From NCBI GenBank assembly GCA_963752075.1, contig CAVVWO010000002.1:391886-455885 (forward strand): DNA of 64,000 bases, read 5' to 3'. Under the pieces are notes generated by a model. That model saw only the letters and a list, made by a program, of their open reading frames with translations. It searched no databases and was not told the DNA's origin. A program made the translations under genes and the position numbers. The first letter of the stretch is position 1; every line of letters starts with the position of its first letter. This DNA comes from an uncultured Acidimicrobiia bacterium (GTDB lineage: Bacteria; Actinomycetota; Acidimicrobiia; Spongiisociales; JAENVV01). Below, in pieces: positions 1 to 9,500 of the stretch.

Positions 1-794
1 TGGAAATACATCCATGCCACCATCACGTACGGTGTTGCCTTCCCGTCGTTCATGACGGCCTTCACCGTCATCGCCTCGCTCGAATACGCCGCCCGCCAAC
101 GTGGCGCCACCGGTCGCATCAGTTGGGTCCGGAAGCTGCCGTGGGACAACCCGTCGGTGAGCGCCCAACTCCTGGCAGGCATCTTGTTCTTCTTCGGAGG
201 CATCGGCGGCATCGCCAACGCCTCGTACAACCTCAACCTCGTCATCCACAACACATCCTGGGTTCCCGGCCACTTCCACCTCACGGTCGCCACCGCGGTC
301 ACCCTGTCGTTCATGGGGATCAGCTACTGGCTGGTGCCTTCCTTGACCGGCCGGGCGTTGTGGCGGCCCAAGTTGGCCGTCTTCCAGACCTGGACCTGGT
401 TCGTGGGAATGATCATCTTCTCCAACGCCATGCACGTGCTCGGCTTGCTCGGAGCTCCCCGCCGCACCCCCCTCGGCCAGGCTCCCTACGTACCGGAAGA
501 ATGGTCCGGCCATCTCCTCCGGGTGGGCATCGGCGGGGCCATCCTGCTCGTTGGCGTCACGTTGTATGTCGTCATCATGATCAAGTCGGTGTGGGGCAAG
601 ACGGAAGAGGCGTACACGGAGTATCCCGATCGCCGAGTCGTTCCGAGATCCGCAGCTCACTCCCGGAATGGCTGGATCGCTGGAAGCCCTGGTTGATCGC
701 CACGGTGGCACTCCTCATCCTGTCCTACGGCCCGCAACTGTTCGACATGATCGCCAACATCCAGCTGACATCTCCTGGTGTCAAGGTCTGGTGA
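1..794 (+). CDS. cbaA: haem-copper oxidase subunit I, ba3 (B-type) like, C-terminal part; the gene begins upstream of the window; apparent 1-nt frameshift near position 645
   Basis: Frame 1 gives ...HNTSWVPGHFHLTVATAVTLSFMG...LGAPRRTPL...EYPDRR. A second frame continues LPEWLDRWKPWLIATVALLILSYGPQLFDMIANIQLTSPGVKVW and stops at 794. This closely resembles the C-terminus of Thermus ba3 subunit I (HFH motif, ...AYGPTLVQLF...PGWRLW). Confidence 0.6.
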   Translation, partial: EIHPCHHHVRCCLPVVHDGLHRHRLARIRRPPTWRHRSHQLGPEAAVGQPVGERPTPGRHLVLLRRHRRHRQRLVQPQPRHPQHILGSRPLPPHGRHRGHPVVHGDQLLAGAFLDRPGVVAAQVGRLPDLDLVRGNDHLLQRHARARLARSSPPHPPRPGSLRTGRMVRPSPPGGHRRGHPARWRHVVCRHHDQVGVGQDGRGVHGVSRSPSRSEIRSSLPEWLDRWKPWLIATVALLILSYGPQLFDMIANIQLTSPGVKVW

Positions 795-801
795 TCTCCC
801 G

Positions 802-2000
802 ATGCGTCCGCCCCTGGACGCGCATTCGGTAGCCGACAGCTCGGCCGGCCGCCGGCCGGACCGATCGACTGGGATCTCCGCCTGGGAGCTCGGCTGCGGC
901 GAGGACTGGCCACGCTGGAGCGAGCCACCATGGTGGTCGATCGTCAGGTCGATCGAGTCGCCGGAGTCGGGCGACTGAACCCGCTGCACTACACGGGCAC
1001 CATCACCACGTTCCTCGTGGTGGTCATCATCGCTCACCGGCGTCTACCTGACCATGTTCTATCAGTTCGGGTTCGAGGCCTCCTACGGGGCGGTCGAAGC
1101 GGTCGAGTCTCGCTGGATTGGGCGGATCGTGCGAGCCGCCCATCGGTACGCCTCGATCGGGGCCGTCGCCATGACGCTCATCCACGCCTGGCGCACGTTC
1201 GTCATGGACCGTTTCAGAGGGCGCCCGCTGGGTACCGTGGATCTCCGGAATCGGGATGACGTGCTGCTGTGGATCGCCGGCGTCACCGGCTACTGGATGA
1301 TCTGGGACACCAGGGCAGGACCCCTCAACGACGCGCTCGGCCGCTGTCGTTGGGATCAGCCGGATGGGGCTTGGACTTCCTGCTCGACATCGTGATGACC
1401 GAGACCGCGGGATCGGGATGGGTGTTCCTTCTCATCCTCTTCTTCGGTCCACCTGCTCCTCACGGGGGTCATCGCCTGGTTCTACTGGTACCACGTCAAG
1501 CGCCTCACCCGCCGCCGGGTTCCTTCCCGCCGCGAGAATGGCTCTGGGTGATCGGGCTGGCGTTGGTGGCGGTCTCGGTGGCGCTGCCGGTTGGGATGCT
1601 CGAGCCGTACGATCGTTCGCGTTTCGTCGACTCGATACCCTTCGACCCGTTCTTCCTCTTCCTGCTCGAACCGGCTCTGGACTGGGCGGCCGCCGTTGAC
1701 TTGGGGAGCCGCCGGCCTCGTGTCTCTCGGAACCCTGGCTCTCCCCTGGTTGCTCCGGCGGCGCACGCCCACTGCCCCCGATCGTCATCGACGCGGAGCG
1801 ATGCACCGGCTGCACCCTCTGCGTCGAGCGATTGTCCGTATCGTGCCCTCCAGATGGTCCCCCAGCCCGAGGGCCACCACCGCCAACTGGCGGTGGTCGA
1901 CAACGAGCTGTGCGTGAGTTGCGGCATCTGCATCGGTTCCTGCCCAGAGCTCGCCATGGCGTTCGAGGAACACCTCGGCCGAGTTGCTGTGGGACGACCT
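802..2000 (+). CDS. cytochrome b (b6 plus subunit-IV-like C-terminal domain) fused to a C-terminal 2x[4Fe-4S] ferredoxin domain; at least five frame disruptions
   Basis: NPLHYTGTITTFLVVVII / LTGVYLTMFYQ...AAHRYASIGAVAMTLIHAWRTF has two His 14 residues apart (helix B haem ligands). HLLLTGVIAWFYWYHVKRL has a second His pair 14 apart (helix D). PFDPFFLFLLEPALDW resembles the PEWYFL motif of the cytochrome b C-terminal domain. Then CTGCTLCVERLSVSCP and CVSCGICIGSCPELAMAFEEHLG are two CxxCxxCxxxCP motifs. The pieces lie in three frames. Confidence 0.55.
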
Positions 2001-2455
2001 CGCCCTCCGGGTCCAGGCGGCGTCACGAGGCAGGAGGCTCGGTCGAAGCGGTGTTCACGTGCGAAAGGCACATCCTCTCCTCGGATGTGGATTGGCGGAG
2101 CCCGGTTGCGACCGACGACCGAACCACCGGTGATCACGCCCTCTGCCGTGCATCGGTATGGCTCATCCCGATCTGGTGGGAGCGGCCAGAGAGGCCGGAG
2201 CCGACACCGGTGCGGTTCGTCGGATGCCCGACCGACGACTGCGCCAACCTCGAGGGCAACACCTGGCTGGGTGCGTCGACTCGACCGGACCGCGGCTCCC
2301 GCGCCTGTCCAAGACGTCCTCGATGTTCCCGTTTCGATGGCCTGGACCACGCCCGGCAGACGTCCCCAAGGTCGCGTTCGACCCCATCCCGCCCCGACGC
2401 CCCGCCGCTGGATGACGCCCACGGGTGCTCCTGACGGTCGGGCTCGTCGCTCCTC

Positions 2456-3142
2456 GTGGCTGCCACCTGGTGGAACTACGAGCCGTCGGCACCCGAGGCA
2501 GCCTTGGACATCACGCCTGGACCACACGCCCGGCGTCGCTCTGGTCGGTTTCGAGGCGCCGGCCATCGAAGGTACCGGCGGCCCGGCCGCCTGGTGGTCG
2601 ACATCGATGGCGATACCGTGCTCGACGAGAGCTACCCGCTCACCCGAGCCGATGACGCTCCAGCCTTCCTTGCACTGGAACGTGTCCCGGTGGCAATCGG
2701 GACCCACGAGGTGCTGATCGTATGGGACGAAGGGGGTCCGCCTTCCCTGGTCCTGTTCGATGACATCGTGGCGTTGGAACGGGGCCAGGTCCTCAGCCTC
2801 CACTATCGCGACCAACCCCCGAGCGCCGACGCCGATGAGGGCCGCAAGATCTTCACCGCATCCTCGATCGGGGCAAGTGCCGGATGCCAGATCTGTCATT
2901 CCCTCGAACCCGAAGTGACCCTGGTGGGCCCATCGCTGTACGGAATCGCCGATACGGCAGGCTCCCGCGTGCCAGGCCTCGACGCGGCGACGTACCTCCG
3001 CCAGTCGATCCTCGATCCGGACGCCTACGTCGTGGACGGGTTTCCGTCCGGGCAGATGCTCCCCGACTTTGCCACCAGACTGAGCGAAGATGAGCTCGGC
3101 AATCTCGTCTCCTATCTCCTGACGCTCGAAAAGGACCAATGA
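2456..3142 (+). CDS. c-type cytochrome with an N-terminal beta-rich (possibly cupredoxin- or Ig-like) domain; the true start is probably further upstream in another frame
   Basis: LVVDIDGDTVLDESYPL...GTHEVLIVWDEGGPPSLVLFDD... then RKIFTASSIGASAGCQICHSLEP...GPSLYGIADTAG...LSEDELGNLVSYLLTLEKDQ, with a CxxCH haem-binding site. Confidence 0.55.
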   Translation: MAATWWNYEPSAPEAALDITPGPHARRRSGRFRGAGHRRYRRPGRLVVDIDGDTVLDESYPLTRADDAPAFLALERVPVAIGTHEVLIVWDEGGPPSLVLFDDIVALERGQVLSLHYRDQPPSADADEGRKIFTASSIGASAGCQICHSLEPEVTLVGPSLYGIADTAGSRVPGLDAATYLRQSILDPDAYVVDGFPSGQMLPDFATRLSEDELGNLVSYLLTLEKDQ

Positions 3143-3564
3143 TGAACGTTCCAATCCCATGGCTGCCGGTGGCGCTGGTAGGTGCCCTGGCGCTGTCGGC
3201 GTGCGGCGGCACGACCAGCCAAGTCGAGGGCAGCACCGGCACCACCGCCGAGACCACGGTCCCGGAGGGGCCACCGGACGGAGAGGAGATCTATGCTCGC
3301 ACACTGCTCGACGGCCGACCGGGGTGTATCACCTGCCACTCGCTCGCGCCGGGAGTCGAACTGGTCGGCCCTTCCATGGCCGGAGTGGTCGCCCGCGCCG
3401 AGGCTGCGTCGCCCGGCGATCCGGCCGCCTACATCCGAAAGTCCATCGCAGTCCCGGACGCAGAGGTCCTGGAAGGGTATTCGGCTGGTTCGATGCCGCA
3501 ATCAGAACTCTCCGACGCAGAGCTCGACGCCCTCGTCGACTACCTCCTGGAGGTTGGTGGGTGA
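3139..3564 (+). CDS. lipoprotein monohaem cytochrome c, a paralogue of the upstream cytochrome c domain
   Basis: Clean ORF: MMNVPIPWLPVALVGALALSACGG (lipobox) ... GCITCHSLAPGVELVGPSMAGV...DAELDALVDYLLEVGG. The ATGA start overlaps the upstream stop. Confidence 0.75.
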   Translation: MMNVPIPWLPVALVGALALSACGGTTSQVEGSTGTTAETTVPEGPPDGEEIYARTLLDGRPGCITCHSLAPGVELVGPSMAGVVARAEAASPGDPAAYIRKSIAVPDAEVLEGYSAGSMPQSELSDAELDALVDYLLEVGG

Positions 3565-3575
3565 ATCGAACGGAT

Positions 3576-4004
3576 TCAGAGGTCGGGAAACGCTTCCTCA
3601 GTGCCGGTTCCTGCCGAGCCCGCCACCGTACGTGTGCCCGTCAGGACTCCGTCCGCGTCGAGGACATAGGTGGCAGTGCCTTGCGACGACACCGCAAACT
3701 CGTCCAACGTCACCCACTCGACTTCGAGTTGATCTCCGGTCAGGACCCCATGCCCTTCTTGCACGGCACCGGTCACCACCCAGTGGAGGGTGTACTCGTC
3801 GGGTCGCTCTGCCGGTTCGATCGTGAGCACCCCTCCGTACTCGATCCCGTCGGGATCGAAACCGTTGACGACGTAACTCCCTCCCAATTCGCTCCGGTCT
3901 CCCTGCACCGATGGCACGTAGCAGGCAACAAGCGTCAAACAGAGCGCCAGAGAGGATCCAGGTGCTTCGCATCCGTGGGATGCTAGAGGCTCACGAAAGG
4001 CCAT
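3576..4004 (-). CDS. hypothetical lipoprotein
   Basis: This is the C-terminal 142 aa of the 400-aa minus ORF: MAFREPLASHGCEAPGSSLALCLTLVAC (lipobox) YVPSVQGD...GTATYVLDADGVLTGTRTV. The upstream 260 aa of that ORF is an antisense shadow of the SCO1 gene. Confidence 0.45.
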   Translation of the reverse strand: MAFREPLASHGCEAPGSSLALCLTLVACYVPSVQGDRSELGGSYVVNGFDPDGIEYGGVLTIEPAERPDEYTLHWVVTGAVQEGHGVLTGDQLEVEWVTLDEFAVSSQGTATYVLDADGVLTGTRTVAGSAGTGTEEAFPDL

Positions 4005-4022
4005 TCGTAGAGGAGTGGGGCC

Positions 4023-4688
4023 ATGAGCCGGGGAACGAAAGTCACACTCTCGATACTCGGCCTGGTCGTGGTCTCGGTCATGGCGTTCGCGATCTTCGAA
4101 CCCATCCAGGTCCTCCCCCGAATCCGGCTCGCTCCGGGATTCTCGCTCATCGAGGCGGACGGTTCTCCCCTGACGAGCGAAGACCTGCGCGGCTCGATCG
4201 TTCTCTACCACTTCACCCACCTGTCGTGTGGGGCCGACTGCGACAGTGCAACCGAGACCCTCGCCGAGGTCACGGCTCGGGCAGACTCTATCGACCTCGC
4301 CGGCGCTCCATTCGAGGTCGTCACGGTGTCGTTCGATCCGGCTCACGACACTCCGGAGGCCATGACCGCCCGGCTCCAAGAACTCGGCGCTCCTCCCAAT
4401 TGGCATCTGGCCACCCAGCAGAACACGGACCTGCTCCGTACGGTGATCGGTTCGGGGTTCGAGACCTGGTACGAAGAGCGGGCCGACGGGTCTTTCGCCT
4501 TCGACCCGGTCTTCGTCCTCGTCGACGGTTGGGGCGTGATCCGAGGTGAGTACCGCTATCAGGTCCTGGTCGACGACGTCGACCGAATCGCCCGCCACAT
4601 CGACGTTCTCGGCCAAGAGCTCCGCAACAGCGACGGGGCGGCCACCCTGGCCTACGAAGCCGCTCATCTCTTCCTGTGCTACCCCTGA
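4023..4688 (+). CDS. SCO1/SenC family copper chaperone (thioredoxin fold) for cytochrome oxidase assembly
   Basis: Clean ORF with an N-terminal TM helix, HFTHLSCGADCD (a CxxxC motif) and a thioredoxin-like layout. Confidence 0.7.
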   Translation: MSRGTKVTLSILGLVVVSVMAFAIFEPIQVLPRIRLAPGFSLIEADGSPLTSEDLRGSIVLYHFTHLSCGADCDSATETLAEVTARADSIDLAGAPFEVVTVSFDPAHDTPEAMTARLQELGAPPNWHLATQQNTDLLRTVIGSGFETWYEERADGSFAFDPVFVLVDGWGVIRGEYRYQVLVDDVDRIARHIDVLGQELRNSDGAATLAYEAAHLFLCYP

Positions 4689-4698
4689 GGAGGCAAAC

Positions 4699-5334
4699 GT
4701 GATCGAAACCCAGGACGCGCCGGCGCTCCCACCGCCGCCGGCCAGGCGGCTCTGGCCCTGGATCGTTGCCGCCATCATCGTCGGCGTGATCGCCGCCTTC
4801 TTCGTGGTCCGGGCATTGACCCCCTATGTCTTTCATGGGGCCATCCTCCAGTCCGATTCGACCGCGCCCGCCATGGACCTCACCGCCACAGACGGCTCCG
4901 CCACTCGATCTCGACCGCCTTCGAGGGCAAGGTGGTGGCGTTGTACTTCGGGTACACCTTCTGTCCCGACGTGTGTCCCACCACCCTCTCCGACGTCGCC
5001 AAGGCGAAGCGCCTCCTCGACACCGATGACGTGCAGGTGATCATGGTCACCGTCGATCCGGTCCGGGACACCCCGGAACTGTTGGATCGATATCTGACGT
5101 CGTTCGATCCGTCCTTTCTCGGTGCCTACGGGACCGACGAGCAGGTCGCCGAGGCCGCCGCCCTCTATGGGGTGTACTACGAGGCTCAGGGAAGGGACCA
5201 AAGCCACTGGCTACCTGGTCGACCACACGGCAACCTTGATGGTCATTGACCCGCAGGGACACCTGAAACTGCTGCTTCCCTTCGGCGTGAGCGCCGAGGA
5301 CATGGCTGCGGATTTCGAGTACCTGCTCGACTGA
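4699..5334 (+). CDS. second SCO1/SenC family protein; three to four frame disruptions
   Basis: TM helix WPWIVAAIIVGVIAAFFVV, ...MDLTATDGS..PLDLDRLRG..KVVALYFGYTFCPDVCPTTLSDVAKA...VIMVTVDPVRDTPELLDRYLTSFDPSFLGAYGTDEQV...GYLVDHTATLMVIDPQGHLKLLLPFGVSAEDMAADFEYLLD, rebuilt from four frames. This is the canonical FGYTxCPDVCP motif. Confidence 0.6.
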
Positions 5335-5387
5335 CAAGACCCGACTGGCAAATCTCGACGGCAAATCTCGACCGGCAAAGGAACCAC

Positions 5388-5828
5388 CATGTTGACCAGA
5401 ACCCTGCCCTGGATCGTTGCACTCCCTCTGACACTGGCCGCCTGCGGAGGCGGATGGATCGATCTCGGTCGACGAGGCGTGGGGACGACCGTCGCCGGCC
5501 ATGGCAGCAGCAGCGGCGTTCTACATGCACCTCGACAACGCGCACCGATACCGACACCACGCTGATCGCCGCCACCGCTGAACCGTGTGGGACTGTCGAA
5601 CTCCACATGTCCTCGATGAACGAGGACGGCGTGATGGCGATGCGCCGAATGGAGACGGGAATCGCCGTCCCGGCCGACAGCACGGTGACGTCTGGAGCCG
5701 GGCGGTCTGCACATCATGTGCATCGGCCTCGACCACGAGCTCGCAGGTCGGCGAGGTCGATCGAGGTCGGCCTGGAGTTCGAGAACGGCGAGACCCAAAC
5801 GATCGAAGTCGAGATCCGCGAGGAGTGA
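5388..5828 (+). CDS. PCu(A)C (DUF461) periplasmic copper chaperone lipoprotein; frameshifted
   Basis: MLTRTLPWIVALPLTLAACGGG...ISVDEAWGRPSPAMAAAAAFYMHLDNA...DTTLIAATAEPCGTVELHMSSMNEDGVMAMRRMETGIAVPADSTVT..GGLHIMCIGLDHEL...VEVGLEFENGETQTIEVEIREE. The motifs are H(M)x10Mx21HxM-like. Confidence 0.6.
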   Translation, partial: HVDQNPALDRCTPSDTGRLRRRMDRSRSTRRGDDRRRPWQQQRRSTCTSTTRTDTDTTLIAATAEPCGTVELHMSSMNEDGVMAMRRMETGIAVPADSTVTSGAGRSAHHVHRPRPRARRSARSIEVGLEFENGETQTIEVEIREE

Positions 5829-5901
5829 TCCTCGCCAACCGGCACGCGGCAGCGCGCTCGTTCCATTGGGGTAGTCCCCAACCTCGAATAGCATCCCCCG
5901 C

Positions 5902-6327
5902 ATGAGCGGACCTTCGATCTCGAATCACCAGGTGGAGATCGCCCGAGTTCCTGCAGCCGGCGTCATTGCAGCGGGCTTCTTCGTGGCGGCGATGTTCGTG
6001 CCACCCCTCCTCAGCGACGCCCTCCCCGCTCCCGTCCGAGTGTTCTCCGCAGCACTCGGACTCCTCATCGTCGGGCGCGTAGCGAAGCTGCGACTCACCG
6101 TCACGCCCGAGGCGGTGATCGTCGTGAACTTCTTCCGAACCGTGGCCATCGCCGTCGAAGACGTCTCTGTGGCCCCAACCTTACCGACGCCCGGCTACCT
6201 CGAACTCGAGGACGGCAGGGGCCGGACGGTTGCCGTTGCAGCGGCTCCCAGCTGGGGACACCGCCAAGAGATCATCCGCAGCGAGCTGCTGTACCGGATC
6301 CGCGCCTCCTTGGACCGGCGCCAATGA
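5902..6327 (+). CDS. hypothetical membrane protein, possibly a bacterial PH-domain (DUF304-like) fold
   Basis: Clean 141-aa ORF with an N-terminal TM pair (AGVIAAGFFVAAMFVPPLL, VFSAALGLLIVG) followed by a short beta-rich region. Confidence 0.4.
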   Translation: MSGPSISNHQVEIARVPAAGVIAAGFFVAAMFVPPLLSDALPAPVRVFSAALGLLIVGRVAKLRLTVTPEAVIVVNFFRTVAIAVEDVSVAPTLPTPGYLELEDGRGRTVAVAAAPSWGHRQEIIRSELLYRIRASLDRRQ

Positions 6328-6548
6328 GGCGCCAGTAGGCGTCTGCGGACGACAGATCTCTGCCGGCCGCTACGTGGCTCGAGCCTCTTTCGGACCCTCC
6401 GGCGCCCGCACGACCACGGCATCACTTGCCGAATCTTTTCCAGTCTCACCCGCCGATCGCCGACGAGACTGCGTAGTGTCGCCACAAGGCGGTCCCATCA
6501 GCGTTGCAGTTTGCCACGTTCAGAGGTCGCCAGAACAGGTGGCGGGAA

Positions 6549-9500
6549 ATGGCCTTGGGAGGCTTCGCTCATACCCGCGCGGTGACGTTCATGACCGCGT
6601 TCTTGGTGATGGTCAGCGTGCTCAATATCGTTCCAATCCAGGCGGGTGCACGAGCCCAGGCGCAAGCCATCGTCACCGTCGATACGGTGACCACCCTCGA
6701 GAACGCGGTCGCGGCTGCGTCCCCGGCACCACGGTCCTCGTGGAACCGGGTATCTACCCCCTCACCGGGCCCCTCGTGATCACTGCGGCCGGTCTCACGC
6801 TGCAAGGTCTCGGGAACCGAGCCGGCGACATCCAACTGATAGCCGCCAACAACAAGCGGGTGACTGCTTCTCTCATCGACCGCGCACATCTGTCGCTCGT
6901 CCGTAATCTCTCGATCATCGGCGGCAAGGTCAACACGGGCAGTGGCGGAGGCATCCGCGTCGAGGCCGGCGCAGAACTCTCTCTCATCGAGGTGGAAGTG
7001 CTCGACAACTTCGCCGATCAGGGCGGGGGTCTCTCCAACGCCGGCACGACCACCATCATGCGAAGCCTCCTGGCAGGAAACGATGCCAGGGGAAAGGGTG
7101 GCGGGATCGAGAGCAGCGGCGTGCTCACAGTGACCAACACGACCTTCACCGACAATGAAGGGAAGGGCGGAGGGGGGCTGCTCGACGTCGGGCGTCGCCA
7201 ACCTCTCGTTCGTCACGATCTTCGCTAACCGCTCGACCAACAAGATCGGGGCCGGAACCCAACGAATCGGCGGAACACTGTTCATCAAGAATTCGATCAT
7301 TGCCAACAACCTGGGCTCTGACAACGAGTTCCACGACTGCTCCGGATCCCCCAACGCTCACCAACGCCATCGTCACCTCGAGCCAAGGGTGCAACCCGTC
7401 CGGTCCGGTCGATGTGCACGGACCGACCACGGTGTTGGAGGCGACTGCCACCCGTCGACAACGGGGGCCCTACTCGTACGCTCGCGCCCTCCTCGGACCT
7501 CGCCCGCCATCGACTTCACGGCCGATTGCGCCGCCATCGATGGCACGACGATCGCCGTCGATCAACGAGGCGTCTGGCCGAAGTCGACGGCCTGTGCGAC
7601 CTCGGCGCCTACGAGGTCGATCGGATTCGCTCCCGACGTCACGGTGACGGCCGCTCCGCCTCCCAACACAGCCGGCTGGAACAACACACCGGTCACCGTC
7701 ACGTCGCTCGCAGGCGAGGCCGGATGCCGTGACCGAGTACAGCACCGACGGCGGCGCCAACTGGACGCCTACGGCAGCCCGCTGCTGGTGACCCAGGAAG
7801 GCACCACCGACCTTCGCTTCCGAGCGACCGACTCCGACGGCAACACCACCGATCCACCGGCGAAGACTCCAGGTCGATCTCGATGTGACCGCTCCCGTGG
7901 TGACTCCCTCCACCAGCGACGGAACCGAGGATGGCGACATCCTGCTCTCGTTCGACTGGTGACGACGACCCAGGGACCGGGATCAGCTTCTCCGGCGTCG
8001 GGACGATCGAATACACGACCGACTCCGGTCGATCTCGACGACCCTGATCGCGCCGACTGGATGGTCTTCGATGACGACCTGCTCATCACGAGCACGACAA
8101 CCGTGTCGTTCCGCGGCACGGACCTGGCGGGCAATACCAGCGCACCCGGCCGAGGTCACGCTCACCATCGAGCCGCTTTCGTTCGCGATCTCGATGGTCA
8201 CCAGCGTCCCGGAAGGTGGAAGTCGGCGCGGTGGTGGTACCGGTCGAGAACATCCAGAGTGCCATCCAGGAAGCCGCCGGCGACTGCCACGTCAACCGGT
8301 TCGACTCCGCTGGCCTCCATCCCCATCGCCAGCATCCCGCTCGCCTCGATCCCGCTGGCCAGTCCATCCCGCTGGCCTCGATCCCCCTCGCCTCGATCCC
8401 CATGGCCAGCATCCCGCTCGCATCCATCCCGCTGGCGTCAGCATCCCGCTGGCCTCGATCCCACTCTCCTCGCATCCCCATGGCCAGCATCGCCGACGTT
8501 CTCGACTGCTCGACCACCTGTCCCGACGACACCGGACTCGAGGTGCTGCTCATCGGCACGCCGCTGCAGGGCACTCCACTGCAGGCGCTCAATTTCACCG
8601 GACCTGGTCTCGGTTCCCCTGGCCAGTCTCCCGACCTCGAGCGTTCCGTTGGCGTCGATCCCGCTGGCGAGTCTGCCGCTGGCATCGATCCCGCTGGCGA
8701 GCATCGGACAACGTCGTCGACTGCAGCCTGATCGACTGTTCGGGATCGGCCACGCTGCTCGACGCCTTCGACGCGCAGAGCGGTGATCGGCGGAACCCTG
8801 GGCGACGTGCTTTCCTTCGAAGACGTGAGCTTCGGCGCGACGCCACTCGCCTCGATCCCGCTGGCGTCCATCGCCATGGGCACCACGCCGCTGGCGTCGA
8901 TCCCGCTCGCCTCTACGCTCGTCCCGCCGGCTTCGGACGCGAACGTCTCGCAGAGTGGTGCGCCGTGCTCGGTTACGCTCCCGGCTCGGACGGATGCAAC
9001 CTGGTGGAAGCCGACGGGGCCAGCCTGATGACCCTCGCACTGGCGGGTGTGCCACTGGCGTCGATCCCGCTCGCCTCCATACCGCTGGCCTCCATCCCTC
9101 TGGCCTCGATCCCCCTCGCCTCCATTCCCCTGGCCAGCATCACTTGGACCTCAACGCCGCTGGCGAGTCATCCCGCTCGCCTCCATCTCACTGACCGGCA
9201 CCCCGCTGGCGTCGATCCCGCTCGCCTCGATTCCCATCGCCTCGATCGGGGACGTCGTGGACTGCAGCCTCGTCGACTGCACCAACGGCACCCTCGGAGA
9301 TGCCGCCACCAGTGGAGCATTCCTGGTGGAGACGCTCGGTGAGCTCGGTCCGTATCTCACGACCGCCACCATCGCCGACCTCGAAGGACTGAGTGGATTG
9401 GAGGACTTCTCGCTGGCCGACCTCCTCTTTGGATTGCTGGCACCGGGCTCGCTCCCCTGGGAAGAGATCGACCTCAACCGTGCCCGGCTCCCCGATGCCG

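Noticed and set aside
1505-3304. 599-aa minus-strand ORF, the longest single ORF in the first 5 kb
   Set aside because: Its translation is low complexity and rich in R/A/G/P, with no motif. It lies antisense to the cytochrome b, ferredoxin and cytochrome c genes, which have clear motifs on the plus strand. It is a typical GC-rich shadow ORF.
3563-3579. TGAATCGAACGGATTCA hairpin after the lipoprotein cytochrome c stop, considered as a bidirectional terminator
   Set aside because: The stem is only 6 bp, with no U-tract, and it overlaps the stop codon of the convergent lipoprotein gene. This is insufficient for a terminator call.
8290-9290. Regular 15-bp direct repeats, considered as a CRISPR array
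   Set aside because: The repeats are contiguous with no spacers. They are in frame and translate to a regular pentapeptide inside a larger coding region. The 15-bp unit is far shorter than CRISPR repeats. No cas genes are present.
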